From Prorocentrum cordatum (Eukaryota), in assembly GCA_963575745.1 (NCBI GenBank), contig CAUYUJ010000262.1, positions 62,001 through 116,152 of the forward strand: a DNA stretch of 54,152 bases. The letters run 5' to 3'. The first letter of the stretch is position 1, and every line of letters begins with the position of its first letter. The translations under genes and the position numbers were made by a program. The notes below the pieces were generated by a model. That model did not search any database and was not told the origin of the DNA. It saw only the letters and a program-made list of their open reading frames with translations. Positions 43,760 to 54,152 of this stretch are shown piece by piece.

Positions 43760-45145
43760 TTTGGTTTGGGGCGCCCCTCGGCTTTCGGCAAGCCTGTGAT
43801 TATCGGCACCCTCTTGGTTTTCGGCGCCATTATGATTTTCGGTGTCTTTTTGGCTTTCGGAGCCCAATTGGTTTCCGGTGCATCTTTGATGTTCGTTTTT
43901 TTGTGTTCGGCGTTGTTCTGGTGTCCGTTCTCCTTGTGGTTTTTTGGGCCTCATTGGTTCTCGGTGCCACTTTGGTTCTCGGCGCCCTTTCGGTTTTCGA
44001 CGCCCTTTTAGTTATCGGGGCGCCGTTCGGTTTTCGACGCCCTTTTCGGTTTTCGGTGCATCCTTGGTTTTCGGCGCCCCCTTTGGCTGTCGGCGCCTCT
44101 TTGATTTTCGGCGCCCCTGCGGTTTTCGGCAACCTGTTTGTTTTCGGCGCCCTGTCCGTCTTCAGAGCTTTTGTTGCTTTCGGCGCCCCTTTCCTTTTCG
44201 ACGCCCGTTTGGTTATCGACGCCCTTTTGATTTTCCAGTGCCTTTTGGTTATCGGCGAATTTTTGGCTTTCGACGCCCCGTTGTTTTCGGCGCTCGTTTT
44301 GCCTTTCGGCGCCCCTTTGGTGTTTGGCGCATCTTTGGTTTTCGGCGCCCTCTTGGTTTTCGGCGCCCTTTGGTTTTCAGTGTCTTTTGTTTTTCGGTGA
44401 GTTTTTGGTTTCCGCCGCATCATTGGTTTTCGGCGCTTTTGTTGTGTTCGGCATTGCTCTGGTGTTCGTTCTCCTTGTGGTTTTCTGGGCCCCCTCGGTT
44501 TGGGGCGCCCCTTTGGTTCTCGGCGCTCCTTTGGTTCTCGGCGCTCCGTTGGTTCTCGGCGCCCCTTTGGTTTTCGGCGCTCCTTTAGTTGTCGGCGCCC
44601 TCTTGGTTTTCGGCACCGTTATGGTTTTCGGTCCATTTTGGCGTTTGGCGATCCTTTGGTTGTCGGCGCCCTATTAATTTTCGGCGCCCCTTTGGTTTCC
44701 AGCGTCCTTTTCAAGTTCGGCGACCTTGTGGTGTTTCTGGCGTCCTTCTGGGTGTGGGTGTTTTTTGCCCTTCGGCGCCCTATTGGTTTTCGGCGCTGAT
44801 GTTCGGCGCCTGTTGTGTTTTCGGCGCCCCTTTGGTTGTCGGAGCCTTTTTTGGTTTTCGGCGGTTCTCGGCGCTCGTTAGGTTTTCGGCGCCTTTTGGC
44901 TTTCGGCGCCCCTGTGCTTTTCGGCGCTCTTTTGGTTTTCGGCGTTCCTTTGGTTTCTGGGTCTCTTTTGGTTGTCGGCGCCCTTTTGGTTTTCGACGCC
45001 CCCTTGGTTTTCGGCGCTGCTTTGGTTTTCGGTGCCTTTGGTGTTCGACGCACCGCTTTCGGTTCGCACCCTTTCGGTTGTCGGTGGCTCTTTGGTTTTC
45101 TGCGCTCTCTTGGTCCTTGGCGCCATTTTGGTTTTCGGCGTTCCC
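43760..45145 (+). repeat. TTGGTTTTCGGCGCCC satellite (right arm)
   Basis: ~18-19-bp degenerate units; 44850-44995 closely matches 24470-24630. Confidence 0.9.
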
Positions 45146-46269
45146 TCCTTTAGACAAAGGAGGGGTCCAAGACTCCCCCCTTTAGCCCAAAAGGGGGGGA
45201 GCGGGGTGGGGCTTCTGGCAGGGAGGGTTCGAAGGGGGAGGGGGGGTAAGCCCCCCCCTTTGGAAAGGGAGGGGTGGGTTAGCTTCCGGGACGCGAAAGG
45301 GGGGGGGAGGGAATAGTTTCCGAGGGGCGAAGAAAAAGGACGGGGGGGGTTGGCAGGGGAGGCGCAAGGGTGGTGGGTGGGCAGCTAAGCCCCTTCCTTT
45401 TGGTCAGAAAGAGGAGGGGGTGGGTAGCTTCTGGAGCGCGAAAGGGAGGGCGGGGAGGGGGGGGGAGCGCAGCTTTGGAGGGGCAGGAAAAAATGGTAGC
45501 TAAGGGGGTGCCCCATTGAGGGGTGTGCCACGGGCGCGCCCTCCCCTCTCTCATTGCCCGGAACAGCATGCCGTAACCTCCCGCTTCACATTATAATGTT
45601 GGAAAGCAGTGCATCGTATGGGGCAGGCCGTGAGATGTGTATCTCCCCACATTTGTCCCGAATACGTCACGACGACATCTATGCCCACATGTACAGAAAA
45701 GTGCGCATCACATGGCTCCAAGCTCGTGCATACCTCCGCCGTTTGGTACCGCGTTCCGTTTGCACTATGTGTGTTCGATCACGTGTTCTCCCATGATGTA
45801 GTTTTCTCTGGCGTACTTCTGAAGCAATGACATATTGAAGCCCAATGTTAGAATTACGGCCCTGTTACCAACACCGGGAGAGAAGACGCGTCATATGTCG
45901 CAAGTGTTTGCACAAACACATTATATCTAATGTAACCGATGCAGTGTCCCTGTTACCTGCAACCTTACGTTTGCCACTCTACGTGTGTGCTGCGACTTCT
46001 TGTTTACAACACCGCTTGCCCATGGTGCCACAATAAGTCCCACCACAGCGTATTTCCAAGTGTTGGCTTAGTTGCCCGAGGTTCTGAAAATGCAGCTTCC
46101 GAAGTCGTACAGCGAAGAGCCTCGACAGCGCGTCTCTTGAACAGAATACTGCGACGGCCACCTTGTCGTTCGTGATCCATCAACTCGTCTAGGTCTGCCG
46201 CGCACCTTGCATGTCCATATTGGTGGTAGCCACATCTTACGACCCGTTTTGTTACCAAGGGTGCATTTG

Positions 46270-46925
46270 CGAGTTTGGGAGTGTGAGTCCCCGTGCCCAC
46301 TCCACTTTTCGTTCAGGGTAGCCCCTTCTCAAGAACCTCATTCGTAATCCGAAAGATATGACTTCTTTCTTTCTTTACCAGCAGCGCCAGCATCCAGAAC
46401 TTAACATCTGGATCAGAAACTTACCACGGAATCGACAAGCAGCAAGCACCAGCGACGGAATTGGCAACCATTTCGGCAATCCTGGCACGGGGTTCTTTGC
46501 GATTCGAAGCGTGTGAACCCCCGTGCCCATTCTACTTCTCGCTCAGGACAGCCCCTTTTCCAGGAAACAAATTCCGTAATCCTCGTTGACTTTCCAGCAG
46601 CGCCAACATTCATATTTAAATATTTGGATCTGGAACTTACTACGGAATCGACAGGCAGCAAGCACTAACGACGGAATTGGCAACCATTTCGGCAATCCCA
46701 GCACGGACGCCTTTGCGATCCTAGGAGTGTGAGTCCCTGTGTCCATGTTACTTCTCGCTCAGGGAGGGCAGCCGCTTTTCCAAGAAGCCCATGTCGTAAT
46801 CCTTTTTGAATTTCCAGCAGCACCAACATCCCGAATAGAACACCAGAATCAGAAACGTATTACGGAATCGGCAAGCAACAAGCACCAACGATGGAATCGA
46901 AAACCACTTCGGCAATCCCGGACAC
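46270..46925. repeat. Three diverged ~215-235-bp direct repeats
   Basis: GTGTGA..CCC.GTG.CCA at ~46281, 46512 and 46727; ACGGAATCG.CA.GCA.CAAGCAC..ACG..GGAAT at ~46426, 46642 and 46862. Confidence 0.8.
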
Positions 46926-48810
46926 CGCTTCTGGCAACCGCCGAAAATTGTTTCGGCGACCGTGGAGGTGTTTCCAAGCTACAGAAGGAATGCAAATGGT
47001 AATGTTTACGCGTGGTTACGACGGTTAGAAAACGGGCTGGTACATGTTTCAGTGTTTTGCGAATACGTTGTTTGTTGATGAATCATGTTTGCATTCACGC
47101 CGCCTGGATGTGTGGTAATGCTGTGGCCGGTATACAGATACGTCGTCGATATTACGTTTACAATTTGTTGGTGCCGACCGGAGACGTTGTGGATGACAGC
47201 GACGACGGTTGACGGATTTGAGCTAAACAGTGGTTGAGACGAATGTGCATTGAGGCACAAGATAGCACACCAAAGAGCACCATATTTACAAGTATCGTCA
47301 CCAGCCTTTCTTTGTTCACTCTTGCCCTCCGCCTGACTGGTCTCTCTATCCTTCATCCCCTTCTGTGCCCCATACATTTCAGCCCTATTCCGTCCTCCAC
47401 GACAGTTCCCCCACTGTTCGTTCAGTCGCGCAAGGTACTAGTAGCGTCGAGCCTCCCGAGGCTTCAACAGCGATCCATGCGATGGCGCGAGCTCGGCTGA
47501 GCACGGAAAAAGTAGGATAGTCAGAACCGTAATCACAATTGATTCGGAGCACCCCCGAAAATTGCACAGTGGCAAAGACCGCTATATAGCAGCATGACCG
47601 AGATTTATCCAGATATGATGCGAAATTGGGCCGCCAAGACGCAACGGAGCCGACGGGAACGGACTACATTGTTCTTGCGTGTTCGTTTGTCCGAGTTTGG
47701 CCGCACGCTGGGAAAAAATCCGATCTGGCCACCGTTTTCGAGTTACCGGCATTTATTCATTAACGCTTATTGGGGCCATCTTATTCATCCCCAATACGTC
47801 TGCCGCAAGTTTGCCCGCAGCACCTGCGAAGCGTTTCGGGAGCTCCCGCGAAGCTCTTTTCTCGAGTTTTCCAATTCCCCCGACATTGCTTCAAGCGTCC
47901 GTCCCCCACAGGATTCTATCGAGCTCGCAAGTTCCCCAGCCATCCTGCCACGCGTCATTGTCAGCGTCTCCCACAAGCTTTCATGCGCTTTGGACTGCTC
48001 CGCTATCCGGGTTTTGAACGCCACAAGTGTCTTCACAGAGTGGAGTATTGGGAGCGGGCACACATACAGATCGACGCACCCGTCGTGTCGGCAGCTTGTT
48101 CACCTTTCACTTTCCCGAAAATACTTGCACGCTTCCCAAAAAAAATGCGGCGCTGTCGCTGTGATGACAGATTGCGTTGTGTTGAGTTTCCGCCATAATC
48201 CATACTTGTTTCAGACCACTACGACCGTGTTTTTGGGAATGTCAACGTTGTAGGGTTTGGAACGCGACACGTCCTTGGGGGGATTTGCATATTCACGAAA
48301 ACGAAATTGGGTAAACTGAACGCCACAGTGATGTTTCATGCGCGCACAAATATAACAACGTGATCCGATGATTCCAAGAGCCGCGGCTATGAAAATGTCT
48401 GGATTGCCCGTTCATATGGATGGATGTTACTATTCCATGCCAGGTCGTGTGTCTTGCGACCGTTACTTTGCGAACATGACCGGGACATCGCGCACAAAGC
48501 GGGTACGGACATGACACGCGATTTCACGTTCTCGTTATAGCTAGGGTAGCATATTTCCAACACGACGTAACACAAGAGCTCCCTTGGACAATTAAAAAAT
48601 GAGCCCAATTCATGTAAAAATTAGCTTAAATGCACTCCGACAACCGACGGTTCCTCCACGTTGTTTGACAGTAATATTGCAGCTACGGAACTGAGATTTT
48701 CAGCCGAAAACGCGGCACAACCCACTTCACGTTACAAAAATAGTGGTCCGAAAACAAGTGTCCAAATCTATCACAACCTTCAAGAAAACCACGCCAGGTC
48801 ATCACGTGGG

Positions 48811-51100
48811 CCAACTAGCTCACTCCGCGCCAGAATTCCTCTAGCTCATCGATGCCGAAGAGCTCTACGAGGTACTATGGATGGACAAAACGATGATGGG
48901 TCTCAAATTTCCCCCACGGGAAGTTCACGCGTTTTGGATCGTGCAGCTCTTGGGAAAGCTCTATTCTCAAGCTGGCGAGTTTTCCACTGAAGCTTGTAAA
49001 CCTCCCAAGTACCCCCGGGTAGCTGTTGAGAAAATAGAGGGTTCCAGACTAGACATTAGCAGCGACGGGTGGCCGGGCAGCTCTGTCGGGCGCCAGGCAG
49101 GACACCTCGCAGTGCCCAGCTTGAGGCTGCAGCATGTTCGGGCAAGCGTTTGCCCACTCGTTCCCAATATGCGCGCGCGAAGTTGTCCCGCAGCTCCTTG
49201 GAAGCTCTGCGGGGGTTCCTGCGAGGCTACACGTTCCCAGCCCACAAGCTCCCTTGGCATCTTCTCCAGCGTACCTCGTAGAGCTCTCCGGCATCGATGA
49301 GCTAGGGGAATTCCGGCGCGGGGCGGAGCTAGTGACTCGTAGAGCTTTCCTAAGAGCGAAGCGGGGAAGCTAGAAAACGAAGACTCGTAGAGCCTCCGAA
49401 AGAGCGAAACAGCGATGCTAGAGAGTACCTCGTAGAGCTCTTCGGCATCGATGAGCTGGAAGAATTCCGGCGCGGGATGCAGCTAGTATCTCGTAGAGTT
49501 CTTCGGCATGACTCGTAGAGCTTCCCTAAGAGCGAAGCGGCGAAGCTAGAGAGTAATTCTTCACGCTTCGCGTATCCCCACCAGCCCATCTCACAGCAGC
49601 AACTCTTGCGAAGCATGCCGACAGTCGTGTTTTTCAGGCGTGTGTCCGCTTGGCCCCGCATATCTCCCCTGTTCCTCCTTCCTCCCGCCTCCTTGTACAT
49701 CCTCCTTGTGGGGGGAGCGGGAGAAGGACGAGGCGGAGGAGGAGGGAGAGAAAGCGCTCCTCGTGACTTTGAGTCGTTTGGGGTTTCTCGTCCTGGTGTG
49801 AGTCGTTCGGGCCCTTCTTCCTGGTGTGAGTCGTTCGGGCTCTTCGTGGTGTGAGTCGTTCGGGCTCTTCGTCCTGGTGTGAGTCGTTCGGGCTTCTCGT
49901 GGTGTGAGTTGTTCGGGCCCCTCATCCTGGTGTGAGTCGTTCGGGCCCCTCCTCCTGGTGTGACTCGTTCGGGCTCCTCGTGGTGTGAGTCGTTCGGGGC
50001 CCGCGTCGTGGTGTGAGTCGTTCGGGCTCCTCGTGGTGTGAGTCGTTCGGGCGCCTCGTCCTGGTGTGAGTCGTTCGGGCCCCTCCTTGTGGTGTGAGTC
50101 GTTCGGGCTCTTCGTGGTGTGAGTCGTTCGGGCCCCTCGTCCTGGTGTGAGTCGTTCGGGCTCCTCGTGGGGCCTCTTGGGGGCCTCTTGGAGCCTCTTG
50201 GGGCCTCTTGGGGGCCTCTTGGGGGCCTCTTGGGGGCCTCTTGGGGGGCCTCTTGGGGCCTCTTGGGGGCCTCTGGGGGCCTCTTGGGAGCCTTTTGGGG
50301 GCCTCTTGGGGGCCTCTTGGGGCCTCTTGGGGGCCTCTGGGGGGCCTCTTGGAGGCCTCTTGGGAGCCTCCTGGAGGCCTCTTGGGGCTATCTTGGGGCC
50401 TCGTGCGACCTCCTCAGAAGCGCAAATGAGAGCTGCCCCCTGAAAAGGACAAAATGAGGCCAAAACCTTCGTAAAATGAATGATTCTGCTATGAAGGAAG
50501 ATGAGCGCGGCCCCCTCAGGACGCCCAAATGGGGCCAAAACCGTAGTAAAATCAATGATTTTTGCTTCAAAGACGAGCAGAGGGGCCAAACTCCCTCCCC
50601 CCGTCGGGGCCAGAGTCCTCGTGAGGGTCGTCGTTTTTTGGCCCTCCCAGGAGTCGAAAAAGACCCTCTGACCACCCGCGGGGGTCCCTCTCCAGGCCCA
50701 GGGGGAAGGGGGAGGGGGAGGGGTAAACCCCTCCCCGAAGGGGGAGAAGGGGGGTTGAGGACAGAGCGGGCTCTCTAAACCACTCACGCCCAAAGGGCTG
50801 GTGGGATTTCCCGGATAGCTGCTTGCAGCAGAAGGGCTTGAGAGAAGAAGCCGGAAGGTTGTGGGTGGGGGGCCCACTCCCACGCTTGCCGGTCCAGAAT
50901 CGCAGAGATCTGCTTGAGTTCCCAGCGGGTTCGGGAGCGTGGTTTCCTAGCGTTTCCCAATACGCGTGGGTCCAGGGTGCGCGAAGCGCTTCCGCAGAGC
51001 CCCGCCAGCGTCGTGTCCAAGCTCCCCGGAGCGTCGTACCTCGTAGAGCTCTTCGGCATCGATGAGCTATAGGAATTCCGGCGCGGGGTGGAGCCAGTTC
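48811..51100. mobile_element. TIR-bearing non-autonomous element(s) with ~60-bp inverted repeats
   Basis: 48813-48875 is the reverse complement of GTACCTCGTAGAGCTCTTCGGCATCGATGAGCT..GGAATTCCGGCGCGG, found at ~49272, ~49425 and ~51036. Confidence 0.6.
49795..50165 (+). repeat. GGTGTGAGTCGTTCGGGC minisatellite
   Basis: Constant ~18-nt core with short, related variable linkers. Confidence 0.9.
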
Positions 51101-51828
51101 GCCAAACCGGCCAGAACGGACAATGTGGTAATTTGGGGTCGGTATTTTGAAGATTGTGAGAAATTTAAAACTTCGTTTTGAAAATCCAGATTTTTATTCC
51201 CTGCAATTGATTATGGCGCGTTCGATGGCGCAACTCTCAGGGCTCTAGCCGTTGCACAGCTCTCGCAAATTAGGAGGATCCGACGACCATCGGGATACAC
51301 GTCGGAACCTGGTCGTGGTTCAAAGATTGTAAGAAATTCCAAGGATCGTTTGAAAATCCAGATTACGATTGTCTGCAGTCGATTATGACGCGCTTAATGG
51401 TGCAATTCTCGGGGTTGCAGGTCCAGTGCTCGATCAAAAGATGGCTGGGAAACGACATCGCATCAAACAAAAAAAAAAAAAAAAAAAAAAAAAAAACGTT
51501 GCGAGTATCAGCTGACATTCGAGAACGCTCATATATTGTTATGTGGGCTCTCTTCTTGTGTGTTCAGAGCTCGACAAGGGTCCCGGCGGTAACCTGGTTG
51601 ACGGTTTACCAGGTCCGTAGCTGCAGTATTACTATCAAAACATTTGGCGGAACCGACTTTGAAGGAAAATCGAAAAACGTGTTTTGTCGTCTTGTTCTTT
51701 CAATGTTTGAGAAAGTTTTTCCCAACCATCCTGTGGTGTTGGGTCCTCGTTTTGAAGAGACGTCGCCCCGCGTTCCCCCTTCCTCCTCCTTCCTCCTCCC
51801 CTTCCTCCCCCCTCCTCCCCCTCCCACA

Positions 51829-53620
51829 CCCATTCTGGCACACCCCTCACACGTTTCGTGGCCCCATAGGGAGCTCCACCGAAGGCCCCAGTGGCTGCGC
51901 CCGCATGCGGTTCCACCCCCCATTCTGGCACACCCCTCACACGTTTCGTGGCCCCATAGGGAGCTCCACCGAAGGCCCCAGTGGCTGCGCCCGCATGCGG
52001 TTCCACCCCCCATTCTGGCACACCCCTCACACGTTTCGTGGCCCCATAGGGAGCTCCACCGAAGGCCCCAGTGGCTGCGCCCGCATGCGGTTCCACCCCC
52101 CATTCTGGCACACCCCTCACACGTTTCGTGGCCCCATAGGGAGCTCCACCGAAGGCCCCAGTGGCTGCGCCAGCATGCGGTTCCACCCCCCATTCTGGCA
52201 CACCCCTCACACGTTTCGTGGCCCCATAGGGAGCTCCACCGAAGGCCCCAGTGGCTGCGCCCGCATGCGGTTCCACCCCCCATTCTGGCACACCCCTCAC
52301 ACGTTTCGTGGCCCCATAGGGAGCTCCACCGAAGGCCCCAGTGGCTGCGCCCGCATGCGGTTCCACCCCCCATTCTGGCACACCCCTCACACGTTTCGTG
52401 GCCCCATAGGGAGCTCCACCGAAGGCCCCAGTGGCTGCGCCCGCATGCGGTTCCACCCCCCATTCTGGCACACCCCTCACACGTTTCGTGGCCCCATAGG
52501 GAGCTCCACCGAAGGCCCCAGTGGCTGCGCCCGCATGCGGTTCCACCCCTCATTCTGGCACACCCCTCACACGTTTCGTGGCCCCATAGGGAGCTCCACC
52601 GAAGGCCCCAGTGGCTGCGCCCGCATGCGGTTCCACCCCCCATTCTGGCACACCCCTCACACGTTTCGTGGCCCCATAGGGAGCTCCACCGAAGGCCCCA
52701 GTGGCTGCGCCCGCATGCGGTTCCACCCCCCATTCTGGCACACCCCTCACACGTTTCGTGGCCCCATAGGGAGCTCCACCGAAGGCCCCAGTGGCTGCGC
52801 CCGCATGCGGTTCCACCCCCCATTCTGGCACACCCCTCACACGCTTCGTGGGTGGCTCCAAGAGGAGCTCCACCGAACGCCTCAGTGGCTGCGCTCGCAT
52901 GTGGTTCCCCCCCCATTTCGGCACACCCCTCACACGGTTCGTGGCCCCACAGAGAGCTCCACCGAAGGCCCCAGTGGCTGCGCTCGCATGCGGTTCCACC
53001 CCCTTTTTCGGCACGCCCTTCACACGTCTCGTGGCCCCATAGGGAGCTCCACCGAACGCCGCAGTGGCTGCGCTCGCATGCGGTTCCACCCCCCATTTCG
53101 GCACACCCCTCACACGTTTCGTGGCTCCATAGGGAGCTCCACCGAAGGCCCCAGTGGCTGCGCTGGCATGCGGTTCCACACCCCATTCTGGCACACCCCT
53201 CGCACGTTTCGTGGCCCCATAGGGGGCTCCACCAAAGGTCCCAGTGGCACTGCCCGCTTGCGTCCGCCACCACCCAGCACAGCCCTTGTTCCCTGCGCTT
53301 CACCCACCCAGAACAGCGCTTCGCAGCCCTATAGGGAGCTCCACCAAAGGTCCCAGCGGCACCGCCCGCATGCGTCCGCCACCACCCTGCACAGCCCTTG
53401 CTCCCTGCCTGCGTTTCACCCACCCAGTACAGCGCTTCGTGGCCCCATAGGGAGCTCCACCGAAGGTCCCAGTGGCACCGCTCGCATGCGTCCGCCACCA
53501 CGCAGCACAGCCCTTGCTGACCGCGTCTCACCCATCCAGTACAGCGTTTCGTGGCCCCATAGGGAGCTCCACCGAAGGTCCCAGTGGCACCGCCCGCATG
53601 CGTCCGCCACCACCCAGCAC
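51829..53620. repeat. 90-bp tandem repeat: 11 near-identical copies, then progressively diverged copies
   Basis: CATTCTGGCACACCCCTCACACGTTTCGTGGCCCCATAGGGAGCTCCACCGAAGG... every 90 bp from ~51830 to 52820. The array restarts at ~54020 behind the same leader. Confidence 0.97.
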
Positions 53621-54152
53621 AATTGCGGCATTCACAACTGCATATGGTTGGGTCTTTCGCCAGACTAATTTTCTGCGTTTCGAGCAGCGCTGCGCGAGAA
53701 TAGAGCTCTACGAGGCTCCCGGCGGTAACCTGGTTGACGGTTTACCGCCGGCTCCCAGTTTCCAAGGTCTCCGAAGCGTTGTTTTTCCCGGATAGCCCCT
53801 TAGTGACTCGTAGAGCTTCCCTAAGAGCGTTAGCGGCGAAGCTAGAAGAGTAATTCCGGCGCGTTGGGGGGCTAGTTGGCGAAAAAATCTCGACGGAAGT
53901 TTTGTTCCCAACCATCTTGTGGTGTTGGGTCCTCGTTTTGAAGAGACGTCGCCCCGCGTTCCTCCTTCCTCCTCCTTCCTCCTCCTCCCCTTCCTCCCCC
54001 CTCCTCCCCCTCCCACACCCATTCTGGCGCACCCCTCACACGTTTCGTGGCCACGTAGGGAGCTCCACCGAAGGCCCCAGTGGCTGCGCCCGCATGCGGT
54101 TCCACCCCCCATTCTGGCACACCCCTCACACGTTCCGTGGCCCCATAGGGAG

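Larger units (their letters stand above)
23942..45562. mobile_element. Putative ~21.6-kb composite element with diverged mirror-image arms and 8-bp TSD
   Basis: ACAGCATG at 23934-23941 and 45563-45570. Inverted motifs GCGCGCTCGTGGCACAC (23963-23979) / GTGTGCCACGGGCGCGC (45523-45539), 16/17 match. Inverted motifs GCGCCAGTGGATCACC (24807-24822) / GGTGATCCAGCGGCGC (43734-43749), 14/16 match. GAAGCTA motifs on the left arm versus TAGCTTC on the right arm. Confidence 0.5.

Noticed and set aside
45119..45135. GCCATTTTGG partial spliced-leader match
   Set aside because: Only 10 nt, inside the TTGGTTTTCGGCGCC satellite, and easily generated by chance.
43486..45185. Hydrophobic 'LVFGAP' repeat ORFs resembling membrane proteins
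   Set aside because: Translations of the TTGGTTTTCGGCGCC satellite with frequent frame changes.
49795..50165. CRISPR-like short repeat with variable linkers
   Set aside because: Linkers are only ~4-15 nt and related to each other, which makes this a minisatellite.
51385..53668. 641-674-aa ORFs on both strands
   Set aside because: They result from a stop-free 90-bp (multiple of 3) tandem repeat that is open in most frames; no protein motifs.

Overview
Repeat-dense, GC-rich eukaryotic genomic DNA, most likely dinoflagellate. This is an inference from TTTAGGG telomeric tracts plus matches to the dinoflagellate spliced leader DCCGTAGCCATTTTGGCTCAAG. Most ORFs in the track are artefacts of microsatellites and satellites. 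Three coding loci are supportable: (1) a decayed CRE-like non-LTR retrotransposon (RT, CCHC knuckle, RLE nuclease) at about 12426-15786 (-); (2) a Mn-CDF/MTP-like cation efflux gene in three pieces (17220-17962, 21762-22178, 23848-23890, +); (3) an intact, intronless ~1750-aa Helitron-like Rep(HUH Y2)-PIF1 helicase ORF at 31498-36759 (+). The best candidate for an undescribed system is the context of (3). The ORF has a near-complete genomic copy of the spliced leader ~100 nt upstream and three copies of an unrecognised Cys4 module. It lies in a ~12.8-kb unit embedded in TTTAGGG tracts, with inverted 10-bp arrays near its ends and four copies of a covarying hairpin. It is followed by five ~0.55-1.1-kb non-coding cassettes with conserved ends, each separated by telomeric repeats. 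The whole block sits in a ~21.6-kb structure with mirror-image arms and an apparent 8-bp target-site duplication (ACAGCATG). Together this suggests a telomere-repeat-targeted rolling-circle element with non-autonomous partners, nested in a larger inverted-arm element. All identifications are by eye from motifs; no searches were run.
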